Positions 9,400 to 19,571 of a stretch of DNA of 40,484 nt are shown here, piece after piece. The notes under the pieces were generated by a model that saw only the letters and a program-made list of their open reading frames with translations, did not search any database and was not told the origin of the DNA. Location of the stretch: positions 1-40,484 of the forward strand of contig JBHHVU010000026.1 of the NCBI GenBank assembly GCA_046754465.1. The letters run 5' to 3'. The stretch comes from Nitrospinaceae bacterium. Its GTDB lineage: Bacteria > Nitrospinota > Nitrospinia > Nitrospinales > VA-1. Positions within the stretch are counted from its first letter, which is position 1; every line of letters starts with the position of its first letter. The position numbers and the translations under genes are program-made.

Positions 9400-10218
9400 T
9401 CATTCTTCGTCCACCCACCTCAACGGGAATTTTTGGGGCAGGAGGCCCCGCAGGTGGCAGAGGTCGCGGAAATGGAGCAGGCCCTGTTGCTCTTTCTCGC
9501 CCAGGTCGTAAACGATCTTGCGTTTCAGGTAATCCTCGCACATCTTCTTCTCCAATCCGTTGCGGTCCGCGTAAGCCGCGGCGATGGCGTCGATCCGTTC
9601 CACGCCTTCCCGTTTGAATTGCCGGATGGCGGCCACCGTCCCGGGGTCCACGGCAACGTTTTGCCGGACGGCGATCACGGCATGAACGAAGGTCTTGCCG
9701 GTCCGTTGGAACCATTCCGCGCTGAGGTCAAAGACAGCGACCCCGGTCAGGGAATCCCGGACCCGGAACGCCTGGTCGCCAATGATCAGGGCGGCGTCGT
9801 GATGTTGCAGCATGGATTCCAGATCGGGCGGGGCCAGCCGGAAGGCCACGTCCGGCGGAAATTCATCGGCGAATAATAATTTGAGCAGGGCCGCGGAGGT
9901 ACGCGACCGGGAATCCACCGCCAGGGAATGAATGTTGCTCAGCGGGACTTTTGTGACGAGGAGAACGGTGTTCACCTCACCGCGCGAGGCGATGCTGATT
10001 CCGGGAAGCAGACGATAGGCATCCGCGCGGTGGAGGTATTCGATGGCGGGAATCATGGCGAGGTCGAGTTGTCCGGATTCCAGTTTTTCGGCCAGGGCCG
10101 AAGGAACATCTGTGACCAGTTCCAGTCCGGCCTGTTCCCCTTTACCTGCAAGGGGTACCCGAAGCGGCTGGGCATTGAGAAAATCGTGCAATCCGAAACG
10201 CAAAAGGCTGTGGACCAT
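9400..10218 (-). CDS. mqnA: Chorismate dehydratase MqnA (futalosine menaquinone pathway)
   Basis: FLNAQPL, DVPS.LA, SRTS..L, AALIIGDQA and DLSAEW...TG..FVHAV motifs typical of the MqnA family. Confidence 0.85.
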   Translation of the reverse strand: MVHSLLRFGLHDFLNAQPLRVPLAGKGEQAGLELVTDVPSALAEKLESGQLDLAMIPAIEYLHRADAYRLLPGISIASRGEVNTVLLVTKVPLSNIHSLAVDSRSRTSAALLKLLFADEFPPDVAFRLAPPDLESMLQHHDAALIIGDQAFRVRDSLTGVAVFDLSAEWFQRTGKTFVHAVIAVRQNVAVDPGTVAAIRQFKREGVERIDAIAAAYADRNGLEKKMCEDYLKRKIVYDLGEKEQQGLLHFRDLCHLRGLLPQKFPLRWVDEE

Positions 10219-10337
10219 GGCGAACTATCCAGGAAATCGGGGAACGCTAAACTTGATGCGGGTCCAAAAGGAATTTTCCCGGACGGAGAATCGGGGGGTC
10301 AGTTTGGCGTTTTCCGAGTGAAAGGAATTGGGGAAAT

Positions 10338-10368
10338 AAAAAAGGGATGGGGGGCACCCATCCCTTTT
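10338..10368 (-). terminator. Rho-independent terminator after hppA
   Basis: 12-bp inverted repeat AAAAGGGATGGG/CCCATCCCTTTT with a T run on the minus strand, about 20 nt after the stop codon. Confidence 0.8.
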
Positions 10369-10386
10369 CACATTGACAGCAATGAA

Positions 10387-12462
10387 TCAGATGAACAGCG
10401 GCGCCAGGACCAGGGAAACGATGGACATGAGTTTGATGAGGATGTTCATCGCGGGTCCGGAGGTGTCTTTCAGGGGATCGCCGACGGTGTCCCCCACGAC
10501 GGTGGCATGGTGGGAGTCGGATCCCTTTCCACCCAGGTTTCCTCTTTCGACGTATTTTTTGGCGTTATCCCAGGCTCCGCCGCCGTTGGACATGAACAAT
10601 GCGAGCAACACCCCTGTCAGGGTCGCGCCGACCAGCATGCCCCCCAGCGCTTCCGGACCGAGAATGAGACCGGTCAGGATGGGCATGAGAATGGCGACCA
10701 CTCCCGGGGCAATCATTTCTTTCAAGGCGGCCTGGGTGCTGATGTCGATGCAACGGGCGCTGTCCGGTTTTCCTGTGCCTTCCATCAGGCCGGGGATTTC
10801 GCGGAACTGCCGTCGAATCTCTTCCACCATCAGGAACGCGGCCTTGCCCACCGATGTCATGGTGAGGGAGGCCACGAAGAAGGGAACCAGCCCGCCCAGC
10901 AACAGGCCCACGATGACGGTCGATTTGGTGATATCGATCGAGTCTATTCCCGCCGCCTGGGTGTAAGCGGAAAACAGGGCGAGGGCGGTCAACGCCGCGG
11001 AACCTATGGCAAATCCTTTGCCGATAGCCGCCGTGGTATTCCCCACGGCATCCAGTCCGTCGGTGATCTTGCGGGTTTCCTCTCCCAATCCGGCCATTTC
11101 CGAAATGCCCCCGGCGTTATCGGCGATGGGGCCGTAAGCATCCACCGACATGGTGATCCCCACGGTGGCGAGCATGCCGACGGCGGCGAGGGCCACGCCG
11201 TATAATCCGGCAAAGCTGGCGCCGCAGAAAATAGCGATGGCGATCGTCAGGACGGGGAGTGCGGTGCTTTCCATGGCGACCGCGAGGCCGGTGATCATGA
11301 CCGTCGCCACGCCGGTTTGACTGGACTCGGCGATTTTAATGACCGGTTTCCCCGCGGTGTAATATTCGGTGATCAACCCGATGCCGATCCCGGCCACGCA
11401 GCCGATGAAGAGGGCGACAAAAACGCCTGAGGGAAGACCCATCACCTTGATGATGAAGAACCCGACAAACAGCATCGCCCCGGCGCTGATGAAGGTGCAA
11501 TACCGAAGCGCCGCCGCGGGGTCCATGTGTTCCAGCGCATTCATGGAGCGGATGCCGATGATGGAAGCGATCAGTCCGACCATCGCGATAATCACCGGGA
11601 GGGCCATGTATTCAAATTTCATGGCAGCCATGCCCGCCCCGATGGCGATGGTCGCGATCATGGAACCCACGTACGACTCAAAAATATCGGCGCCCAGTCC
11701 GGCGGTGTCTCCCACGCAGTCGCCGACGTTATCGGCGATCACTCCCGGGTTTCGCGGGTCGTCCTCGGGGATTCCGGCTTCGACCTTGCCCACGAGGTCC
11801 GATCCGACATCGGCGGTTTTGGTGTAAATACCGCCGCCGACGCGGGCGAAGAGGGCGATCGAACTGGCGCCCATGGCGAATCCGCTGATGATGCTGGTCG
11901 ATTCACCCCGTCCGAACAGGAGGAACAATCCACCCACCCCCACGAGCCCAAGGCTGGCCACGCACAGTCCCATCACGGCTCCACCGTTGAAGGCGATATT
12001 GAGGGCCTTGGCCTGGCCGTGTTCGTTGGCGGCGGCCGAGGTCCTCACGTTGGCCGTGGTGGCAGCGTTCATGCCGAAAAAACCCGCCAGCATGGAACAG
12101 CCGGCGCCCATCGCATAGGCGACCGCAGTCCAGAACCCGATCCAGATTCCCTTTTGGGTGGAGATGAAAAGGGTTAGCAAGACAAAGACCCCCCCCACGA
12201 AATAGCCGAGGATTTTGTATTCCCGGGACAGGAAAACCATCGCGCCCTCATGGATGGAGTCGGCGATTTCCACCATGTTCTCATTGCCCTCGGGTTGATC
12301 GTCGACGTTTTCGAAGATTTTCCAGGCGACGACCAATCCAAAAAAGCCGAAGATCACGGCGAAATAAGCATAATTTTGCGATGCGTCGAAGGTGGCCATA
12401 ACCAGATAAACCACCATGGAAACGCCGATAAAGATCAGCTCTCCTGTGTATTCCTTTAACAT
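10387..12462 (-). CDS. hppA: Membrane-bound pyrophosphatase, K+-dependent, probably Na+-translocating
   Basis: [63 protein letters not shown] and [10 protein letters not shown] motifs, plus many TM segments. Confidence 0.95.
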   Translation of the reverse strand: MLKEYTGELIFIGVSMVVYLVMATFDASQNYAYFAVIFGFFGLVVAWKIFENVDDQPEGNENMVEIADSIHEGAMVFLSREYKILGYFVGGVFVLLTLFISTQKGIWIGFWTAVAYAMGAGCSMLAGFFGMNAATTANVRTSAAANEHGQAKALNIAFNGGAVMGLCVASLGLVGVGGLFLLFGRGESTSIISGFAMGASSIALFARVGGGIYTKTADVGSDLVGKVEAGIPEDDPRNPGVIADNVGDCVGDTAGLGADIFESYVGSMIATIAIGAGMAAMKFEYMALPVIIAMVGLIASIIGIRSMNALEHMDPAAALRYCTFISAGAMLFVGFFIIKVMGLPSGVFVALFIGCVAGIGIGLITEYYTAGKPVIKIAESSQTGVATVMITGLAVAMESTALPVLTIAIAIFCGASFAGLYGVALAAVGMLATVGITMSVDAYGPIADNAGGISEMAGLGEETRKITDGLDAVGNTTAAIGKGFAIGSAALTALALFSAYTQAAGIDSIDITKSTVIVGLLLGGLVPFFVASLTMTSVGKAAFLMVEEIRRQFREIPGLMEGTGKPDSARCIDISTQAALKEMIAPGVVAILMPILTGLILGPEALGGMLVGATLTGVLLALFMSNGGGAWDNAKKYVERGNLGGKGSDSHHATVVGDTVGDPLKDTSGPAMNILIKLMSIVSLVLAPLFI

Positions 12463-12467
12463 TCCGA

Positions 12468-13025
12468 TTATTCCTCCGTAAGTTGGGTGCTGTTATTGAG
12501 TTCGTTGAGCGTGGCTTCGATCATTCGCACCGCTTGTTCGATCACTTCGTTCAAGACCGGGATTTCTTCTTCTTCGAAGGGGGACAGAACGTAATCAACG
12601 ATATCCTCCTGGCATTCCGGCCTTCCGATACCGATTCGCACACGATGAAACCGGTCCGTCCCAATCGACTCGGTGATGGATCGTATGCCGAGTTGACCGC
12701 CATCCCCTCCCTGGCTTTTCTTTTTAATTTTTCCAAGCGGCAGGTCAATGTCGTCATGAACGACGATGACCTGTTCCGGTGGAATTTTTAACGCGGAAAG
12801 AATAGCCCTGGCCGCCTTGCCGCTCTGGTTCATATAAGTCATGGGTTTCGCGACCATCACCTCGGATTCCCCGATCTCCCCTTCTCCGTAAAGGGCTCCA
12901 AACTTGTGCCGGGACAGATCGATCCGGTGTATATCGGCCAGGTTATCGATGGCCAGGAACCCTGCGTTATGACGGGTCAGTTCATAACGCGGCCCAGGGT
13001 TCCCCAGGCCCAGGATCAGAAACAC
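12468..13025 (-). CDS. pth: Peptidyl-tRNA hydrolase
   Basis: [32 protein letters not shown] and RVRIGIGRP motifs. GTG start. Confidence 0.95.
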   Translation of the reverse strand: MFLILGLGNPGPRYELTRHNAGFLAIDNLADIHRIDLSRHKFGALYGEGEIGESEVMVAKPMTYMNQSGKAARAILSALKIPPEQVIVVHDDIDLPLGKIKKKSQGGDGGQLGIRSITESIGTDRFHRVRIGIGRPECQEDIVDYVLSPFEEEEIPVLNEVIEQAVRMIEATLNELNNSTQLTEE

Positions 13026-13033
13026 GTTGGAGA

Positions 13034-13696
13034 TTACGCGCCTTCTTTGTTGGCGGATTCTTTTTCCGCGGGTGCCGCCTCGTCGGAGGGGACTTCTCCT
13101 TCTTCAACGCCTTCACCCTCGGCGGGCGCCTCTTCCTTGACTTTCTCCAGGTAGACGTTGACCACGGGGGCCGAAGGATCTTCCAGAATCGTCACATTGG
13201 CGGACACCGAAAGATCGGAAACGTGGACCACATCGCCCAACTGGACCTGCGCCATGAGGACTTCGATCTTTTCCGGGATGTCCCTCGGCAGGCACTCGAC
13301 TTCCAGCTCCCTGGCCATGAGGTTGATGTGCCCCCCTAACTTTTCCCCGGGAGAATGGCCGACCAGTTTGACGGGAACCCGCACGCGAGTTTTTTCCTTC
13401 ACATCCACTTCCAGAAAATCCACGTGCAGCCAGCCTTCTTTCAGGGGATGATGCTGGAAATCCTTCAGGATCACCTGACGCTCAGGAACCCCATCCCCAT
13501 CGATACTGAGCCCAATCAAGACATTCTGTCCATTGGTTTCGAGGATTTTACTTAGTTCCTTGGGGTTGACTTGGAGCTGGAGGTTGTCTTTCAATCCGTA
13601 CAGGACGGCGGGCAGATAATTGGCCCGGCGCACTTTCCGGGCCGCGGATTTTCCGGATTCTTTTCTTAATTTTCCACTCAAAACTGCAGATGTCAT
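13034..13696 (-). CDS. rplY: 50S ribosomal protein L25 / Ctc
   Basis: GKSAARKVR, PAVLYG, Q.HP....LHVDF motifs and a long Ctc-type C-terminus. ATG 13696 has a GGGAG RBS; the ORF-track start overlaps prs. Confidence 0.93.
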   Translation of the reverse strand: MTSAVLSGKLRKESGKSAARKVRRANYLPAVLYGLKDNLQLQVNPKELSKILETNGQNVLIGLSIDGDGVPERQVILKDFQHHPLKEGWLHVDFLEVDVKEKTRVRVPVKLVGHSPGEKLGGHINLMARELEVECLPRDIPEKIEVLMAQVQLGDVVHVSDLSVSANVTILEDPSAPVVNVYLEKVKEEAPAEGEGVEEGEVPSDEAAPAEKESANKEGA

Positions 13697-13709
13697 GGAC
13701 GACTCCCTG

Positions 13710-14663
13710 TTAATCGAATAATGAACTGACCGAGGTTTCCCGATGGATCCGGAGAATCGCTTCCCCAAGCAGCGGGGCGACCGACAGAATTTTTATTTTC
13801 GAATTGCTCTTCAATCCGCCAGGAAGCGGAATGGTGTTGGTGGCCACGATGGATTTAATGGGGGAGGCGTTGATCCGTTCCGTGGCGGATCCTGAAAGCA
13901 CGGGGTGGGAGCAACAAGCGTGAACCTCCCGGGCGCCGGCCTCCAAGAGGGCGTCGGTGGCCTCCATCAAGGTTCCGGCGGTGTCGATCATATCGTCGAC
14001 AATGAACGCGATCTTGTCCCGGACGTCTCCGATGATATGCATGGCTTTAGCCTCGTTGGGAACTTCCCGGCGTTTGTCGATGATGGCAAGGGATACGCTG
14101 AGCCGCTTGGCGAAAGCACGCGCACGTTCCACTCCGCCCGCATCGGGTGAAATGACCATGAGATTCGCCAATTCGAGCTCCTTAATATAATTGACCAAAA
14201 CGTTCATGGCAAATAAATGGTCCACCGGGATATTGAAAAAGCCTTGGATTTGCCCCGCGTGCAGGTCGATGGTCAGCACGCGGTCGGTGCCCGCTGTTTC
14301 CAGGAGATCCGCCACCAGTTTGGAGGTGATGGGAACGCGGGGTTCGCATTTGCGGTCTTGCCGCGCGTACCCGTAATAGGGCAGAACGGCGGTGATGCGT
14401 TTGGCGGAAGACCGGCGCAACGCATCGATCATGATCAACATCTCCATCAGGTTGGTGTTCCCCGGGTTGCAGGTGGACTGGATCACGAAAACGTCCCCGC
14501 CGCGGACGTTTTCATCGATCTTCACATAGATCTCCTTGTCCGCGAAATCCCTGATCACCGTCCGGCCCAGGGAGACATTCATATATTTACAAATATCCCG
14601 GGCCAGATCAGGATTCGCGCGTCCTGAGAAAATCAAAACCCTACCATTTCCGTTACGGTCCAT
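13710..14663 (-). CDS. prs: Ribose-phosphate pyrophosphokinase
   Basis: [32 protein letters not shown] and [10 protein letters not shown] motifs. Confidence 0.97.
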   Translation of the reverse strand: MDRNGNGRVLIFSGRANPDLARDICKYMNVSLGRTVIRDFADKEIYVKIDENVRGGDVFVIQSTCNPGNTNLMEMLIMIDALRRSSAKRITAVLPYYGYARQDRKCEPRVPITSKLVADLLETAGTDRVLTIDLHAGQIQGFFNIPVDHLFAMNVLVNYIKELELANLMVISPDAGGVERARAFAKRLSVSLAIIDKRREVPNEAKAMHIIGDVRDKIAFIVDDMIDTAGTLMEATDALLEAGAREVHACCSHPVLSGSATERINASPIKSIVATNTIPLPGGLKSNSKIKILSVAPLLGEAILRIHRETSVSSLFD

Positions 14664-14690
14664 CTTAAACCTTGATGCGCGTTAACAGAG

Positions 14691-14762
14691 CTGGGGCGGG
14701 AGGATTCGAACCTCCGAATGCAGGAACCAAAATCCTGTGACTTACCACTTGTCGACGCCCCA
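14691..14762 (-). tRNA. tRNA-Gln(TTG)
   Basis: TGGGGCG/CGCCCCA acceptor stem, anticodon arm CAGGA-TTTTGGT-TCCTG and T arm GGAGG-TTCGAAT-CCTCC. CCA is not encoded. Conserved position between ispE and prs. Confidence 0.95.
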
Positions 14763-14965
14763 AAGCCGTTTATATTTGTTCAATTCAGTTTTCCCCTAAA
14801 GAGGTTCCCCGCACCCCCATCCGGACGGGAAGACGCATCCCGCAGAATTCATTATGTGCTTAGTATGCTGAAAATGAAATGGAAACTGCAAACTGGGGAG
14901 GAGTTTGGATTATGGCGATATGACCGAGTCCATAACGTGCATCGCGAAAGCGCCCTTTCTCGAAG

Positions 14966-15862
14966 TCATGGATAATTCAGCATTTCATCTGGCAAAAATT
15001 CGGAATAACTGGTGATTGTCTCCGTTAAAAACAACCCCCCACCCCTTGGGTTAAAATTGGCATAAGCGAGTTTTGCCTGTTCAGGGTTGTCAAAAATGCC
15101 AAAGACCGCAGAACCACTCCCGGAAAGAAGAACCCCATTCGCCCGCTGGGCCAGCAGATCATTTTTGATGGCTTGGATTTCTGGATATCTTTGACAAACA
15201 ACGGCTTCCAAGTCATTATACAACCGAGACCCCAAGCAGGCAATCTTTGATTCGGCCAAAAATTTTTTCAGAATGCTAATATTATTTTCACGTTTTGTCA
15301 ACTTCAAATTTAGGCTCCGGTAGACCCATGGAGTGGCGATGGGAAAGCCCGGGAAGACCAAGAGAACTTTAAATTTTACAGTGGTTTGAATGGGGTCAAG
15401 GATTTCTCCGCGTCCTCTTCCGATAGCGCACGGAGCGGTGAGGAAGAAGGGGACATCTGACCCCAGCCGCGCTGCCAGGGGCACCAGATCCCGGCGGCTG
15501 AGTCGCAGGTCCCAAAGCCGGTTCAACCCCATAAGAACGCCGGCGGCGTTGCCGCTGCCCCCACCCAAACCCGCCCCCGAGGGAATATGTTTCACCAGCC
15601 GGATACGGACTCCCGAAACCCGGTCCGGAAACGCGTTCCGCAACAATTGAGCCGCTTGCACGGCGAGGTTCGTGGAATCCGTGGGAATGCCGGGGGCCCC
15701 GCATTCCAGTTCTATTCCCGAAGGCCGGGACTCCAGGGTGATTTCGTCATACAGGCTGACCATCTGCAGGAGGGTTTCCAACTCGTGGTAGCCGTCCTCC
15801 CGTTTATGAAGAATGTGGAGACCCAGGTTGATTTTCGCCGGAGTTTTGAATGTCAGGTTCAT
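14966..15862 (-). CDS. ispE: 4-diphosphocytidyl-2-C-methyl-D-erythritol kinase
   Basis: PAKINLGL, REDGYHEL, KHIPSGAGLGGGSGNAA, LGSDVPFF, NDLE and LSGSGS motifs. Confidence 0.95.
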   Translation of the reverse strand: MNLTFKTPAKINLGLHILHKREDGYHELETLLQMVSLYDEITLESRPSGIELECGAPGIPTDSTNLAVQAAQLLRNAFPDRVSGVRIRLVKHIPSGAGLGGGSGNAAGVLMGLNRLWDLRLSRRDLVPLAARLGSDVPFFLTAPCAIGRGRGEILDPIQTTVKFKVLLVFPGFPIATPWVYRSLNLKLTKRENNISILKKFLAESKIACLGSRLYNDLEAVVCQRYPEIQAIKNDLLAQRANGVLLSGSGSAVFGIFDNPEQAKLAYANFNPRGGGLFLTETITSYSEFLPDEMLNYP

Positions 15863-15883
15863 GATGCACCGCCGCCGGGGCCA

Positions 15884-16720
15884 CTAGGAGAGGTTCTTCC
15901 CGCTTACTAAAAGTTGAAAGGCCTCGGCGGGCAGGCCGGCGTTGAGGACGGGGTCGGTAAACTGAACCGTCAAGGTTTCCTGGTGCTGGGGAAAGCCGAT
16001 GATCAGTTTGAAGGGGAAATCCCGGTCCCCCACCCTGCGATAATCCTTCCAGGAGATGGTATACTTGATTTTCCCATTCTCCCTCCGCTCCATATGGGAG
16101 GGCAACAGGGTGTAGGCGTCGAGCTCGATCTCAACCCGGGCATTTTGATCCGGGTCGGTTGCCGTCAACAGGTAGGAATTTTTTTCCGGGTTCAGGCGGC
16201 CGCCCTGAATTTTCAGAAACTCCATCCGTGGAATGTTACCAAAAAACACGCTGATATACTTGGGGAAATCAAAATTCATTCCGATGATTTTCCACAGCAC
16301 CCGCCCCACTTCCCGGCCTCGGTAAACCTGGTTCAAACCCGGATCGTACAAAATGGTTTTGGATCTCCCCGTGTTTCGGCCATCATAAATGAAAACACCC
16401 AATGTCTGGCCGAACAAACTATAGGTATCGATCCGGATGAAATCGGCGTTCTGAACGAAGAAGGATTGCCGGAAAGATTGGCGGAATTTTTTCCCTTCGA
16501 CGGTGGTGCGAACCATTGATTTGAGGTCGCTCACATTTGTTTGCCGTTCGATCAGGAATTGACGCAGATATTCCACCGAAATGGTTTTCTGGGAAAGGTG
16601 GGGAGAAACCGAACCCGGCATGGGTTGACAGGAAACGATCAGCCCAAACACTCCCAAGAGGAAGAAAAGGGACCGGGAGCGGGCCAAGGAAGGAAATAAT
16701 ATTTTTTGGGATGGGGTCAA
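15884..16720 (-). CDS. Putative lipoprotein, LolA/LolB-like fold (DUF4292-like)
   Basis: N-terminal h-region plus lipobox IVSC, a beta-rich pattern and a C-terminal N.GL....F motif. It sits in the lolB position upstream of ispE. The start codon is uncertain. Confidence 0.6.
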   Translation of the reverse strand: MTPSQKILFPSLARSRSLFFLLGVFGLIVSCQPMPGSVSPHLSQKTISVEYLRQFLIERQTNVSDLKSMVRTTVEGKKFRQSFRQSFFVQNADFIRIDTYSLFGQTLGVFIYDGRNTGRSKTILYDPGLNQVYRGREVGRVLWKIIGMNFDFPKYISVFFGNIPRMEFLKIQGGRLNPEKNSYLLTATDPDQNARVEIELDAYTLLPSHMERRENGKIKYTISWKDYRRVGDRDFPFKLIIGFPQHQETLTVQFTDPVLNAGLPAEAFQLLVSGKNLS

Positions 16721-16723
16721 AGG

Positions 16724-18979
16724 CTAAAGACTTCCCCGCAAAATCTTTTCGACTTTTTCAATTTTTTCCTTCAGGTTTTTGGGATCTGGCATTTCACTAT
16801 CATTGGCGTCGTCTTTTTTTACCCGGGTCAAGGAGAGGCTGGTTTTCCACGCTCCACTGGCTTCGTTATAATTTTTCAAAGAGAACTGAATGTCGCCCAG
16901 GTGGTCATAGAGGACGGGATCGGGTGGTGTGTAGACCATCGCCTTTTTGATTTCCCGGAGGGCTTTTTTGGAATTGCCTTTCTTGAAGTAAATCCAACCC
17001 AGGCTGTCGAGAAAATAGCCGTTCCGAGGTTGTATGGAAAGGGCCTTTTTTAAGTGGGTCAGCGCTTTGTCCAGGTATTGGCCCTCGAGGGCGTACATAT
17101 ACCCCAGAAAATTGTGCGCGTTGGAGTGCATGGGGTTGATTTCAATGGCCCGCTCCATGTTTTGGATGGCGCTGTCCACTTGGCCCGACCGTTCGAGCAG
17201 AGCCCCCAGTTCAAAGTAGTACGAATCCTTATGGTCGTTGAGAGTGATGGCGGTGTGCATGTTTTCAATGGCTAGATCGAATTTTTCGACCGTCATGTAA
17301 GCCAGGGACAGCAAATGGTATAGCGAGTCGTTTTCCGGTTGAATTTCTATGGCCTTCTTGATCACCGCGATCGCATTTTCCGGCCGGTTGTCGAGGCTGT
17401 ACAATCTCGCCATGTACCGCAACACGTCCACCGAGCCGGGTCGCAGTTCCCGCAGGGTCTCGAATTGCTGGATCGCCTTATCGAGCCTTCCAAGGATTTC
17501 ATAAATGCGGGCCAGGAGCGTGAGCGGTTCTTTTTTTACCTTTTGCGCCAAGGCCAGTTGAAACTCCTCCAGGGCTTTCAGGTAAAGGGCCTGTTCGTAG
17601 AATATTCCGCCGATGATCATGTGAACGTCCGCCGGGTCCGTCAGCTCGCGGGGCAGTTCCTCTTGGGATCCGGAGGAGGCCTGGTGAAGGTTTTCCAGCT
17701 GTTTGCGGACCCTCTTGTTGCCGGGATTCAGCTTCAAAAGCAGCTTGTATTCCCGAATGGCTTCCTCTTTTTTCCCCACCCGGTTGAGCACCCAGGCCAG
17801 GTGCTCCCTGGCTTGCAAAAAATTGGGTCTCAATGAGACGGATTTTTCAAGGTTGTTTGCCGCTTCCTGGAAATTGCCGGAACGCAGGTAGGTTCGGCCG
17901 AGATAGTATTGCCCTAAAGGATTGGAGGGATCCGCAAGCACCAGCTTTTTGAATGTTTCCTGGGCCTTGTCAAACTGTTTCAACTGTTCGTAAGTGGTTC
18001 CCAGAAGGAGATAGCCGCGTGATCCGCCTATACGGAGGCCGATGACTTTCTGAAAATAAGGCAGCGACTCCTCATATTTCCCCTGGCTGGAAAGGACGCT
18101 CCCCATCATCATGTTCAAGAGAACGTTATTGGGAAATTGCGATAAGCCTTCCCTGCAACTTTTCTCGACCCCCTCAAAATTACCCGATCGCAAAAGCAGA
18201 ATGGCGAGCCTCTCGTGCATTCTTTGCATTTTGGGATCGTATTTGACGACTTCCCGGTAATGCTTGGCGGCCTGGGCGAACTTAAAATTCTGCTCTGCTT
18301 TTAAGGCCATCAGGTAATGGTAATAAGCTAGCGGATTGTGATGAACCGTTTTGGGGCTAATTCTTTTTTCCGTAACAAGGGTGATGGAGTTTTTCTGGGC
18401 ATAAGAAGAGGAAAGGTTGACTTCTGAAGCAGGTGCGCCGCTGACGGGAATTCCGCTGCAGTTGGAAAGGAATAAACCTCCCAATAAAACAATGGGAGTC
18501 CACCGGATTTTTCGGGACACCCGTGTGATAATTTCTTTCAAGTTTGCGTCTTTTATCATATCCATATTTCCTTCCGCTTCCTTTGGCATGTTCTGTAGGG
18601 GCCGGGATTTCGCCGGGACCGGGTTCTCACTGGAAGGGGGCAGCGGGATTTCGCCGGAACCGGAAACCGGGCCTTCCTTGAATTGGATTCGAGTCAATTG
18701 CTCCATGCCGGCCTGCCGTTTCAACTTTTTCAGTATTTTGTCCTTGAGCCCTTGCAAAACGGGAATCCACTCTTTCCCGGCAATTTGAATGAAAAGGGTT
18801 TTGGGGGTCACGCGGAAAACCTTGGAAACAGCGGCGATTTCCCTGCCCACCGCCAAATCCCAGCACAGGGAAACCCAGTCTTCCTTACGAGTTCGATCAA
18901 CGCCTGCCTGCTGAAGAGAGGTTGGGAGAATAGTGTTTAATCCTACCCAAGGATTTCCAAGGTTTTTTTTTCGATTCAT
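16724..18979 (-). CDS. DciA/DUF721-like N-terminal domain fused to a TPR lipoprotein (internal lipobox)
   Basis: aa 1-103 resemble DUF721 (W..AVG.EIA.......TLFI......W...L...K..IL.KL......TRIQF). LLGGLFLSNC lipobox at Cys174. Many TPRs follow, with C-terminal AHNFLGYMYA, YFLDSLGWIYF and DHLGDI. Confidence 0.8.
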   Translation of the reverse strand: MNRKKNLGNPWVGLNTILPTSLQQAGVDRTRKEDWVSLCWDLAVGREIAAVSKVFRVTPKTLFIQIAGKEWIPVLQGLKDKILKKLKRQAGMEQLTRIQFKEGPVSGSGEIPLPPSSENPVPAKSRPLQNMPKEAEGNMDMIKDANLKEIITRVSRKIRWTPIVLLGGLFLSNCSGIPVSGAPASEVNLSSSYAQKNSITLVTEKRISPKTVHHNPLAYYHYLMALKAEQNFKFAQAAKHYREVVKYDPKMQRMHERLAILLLRSGNFEGVEKSCREGLSQFPNNVLLNMMMGSVLSSQGKYEESLPYFQKVIGLRIGGSRGYLLLGTTYEQLKQFDKAQETFKKLVLADPSNPLGQYYLGRTYLRSGNFQEAANNLEKSVSLRPNFLQAREHLAWVLNRVGKKEEAIREYKLLLKLNPGNKRVRKQLENLHQASSGSQEELPRELTDPADVHMIIGGIFYEQALYLKALEEFQLALAQKVKKEPLTLLARIYEILGRLDKAIQQFETLRELRPGSVDVLRYMARLYSLDNRPENAIAVIKKAIEIQPENDSLYHLLSLAYMTVEKFDLAIENMHTAITLNDHKDSYYFELGALLERSGQVDSAIQNMERAIEINPMHSNAHNFLGYMYALEGQYLDKALTHLKKALSIQPRNGYFLDSLGWIYFKKGNSKKALREIKKAMVYTPPDPVLYDHLGDIQFSLKNYNEASGAWKTSLSLTRVKKDDANDSEMPDPKNLKEKIEKVEKILRGSL

Positions 18980-19100
18980 GGATCCAGAAAGGGGCCGTGA
19001 AAATTATCTGAAACACCATTTTCATTTTATCTGGGTCCAGGACCAATATAAAGTTTTATTTTTCCCCAAAGGATAAAACCTTGAGGAATGGCCCCGGAGG

Positions 19101-19339
19101 GCGGCGGTTCGCCGCCCCCGCCACGCGGGGAGGGAGATGGGTCACGGCATCATCGCCAGCCCACCCCGGTCCGGCATATAAAGTATGACAATACCACCAG
19201 CGGCGGTTTGCCGCCCCCGCCACGCGGGGAGGGAGATGGGTCACGGCATCATCGCCAGCCCACCCCGGTCCGGCATATAAAGTATGACAATACCACCAGC
19301 GGCGGTTTGCCGCCCCCCGGGCGTGGCCCGGCGGCGAAC
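19101..19339 (+). repeat. Tandem array of 99-bp CATATAA hairpin repeat units (2 full, 1 partial, plus an inverted fragment)
   Basis: 19101-19199 and 19200-19298 differ at one base. Partial third copy at 19299-19317. 19313-19339 matches opposite-orientation sequence at ~20577-20603 and ~35283-35305. Confidence 0.95.
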
Positions 19340-19571
19340 TCAACAACCGGTTTTTCTTGCTTTTTCCGGAACAACGGGATTCTGAACTTGACCGGTTTTT
19401 CATTAAAATAGGTGATAATGTGTGATATGATTGAAATCATGTGGGTTTGGAGGATCCTTTGATTTTCTCAAAGGGTTTTGGTGATATTTTCATGTTAATT
19501 TATCGCTTATCGTCCAACCAGAAAATGATTTATAATGGATCACCATTTTGTGATTTGAGAAACAAGTATTT

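Noticed and set aside
9928..11205. 425-aa plus-strand ORF
   Set aside because: Antisense shadow of hppA/mqnA caused by GC codon bias; no recognisable motifs.
19028..19056. Additional degenerate repeat unit (ATCTGGGTCC...ATATAAAGT)
   Set aside because: The similarity is only partial, the spacing is off the 99-bp register and the hairpins are absent; it may be chance.
19101..19317. CRISPR array
   Set aside because: The units are 99-bp near-identical tandem copies with no unique spacers, and no cas genes are in the window.
19056..19440. ORFs 19056..19403 (-), 19088..19411 (+) and 19249..19440 (-) with 33-aa repeats
   Set aside because: They are by-products of a 99-bp (multiple of 3) DNA repeat that is open on both strands. 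The same DNA occurs elsewhere in non-coding context.
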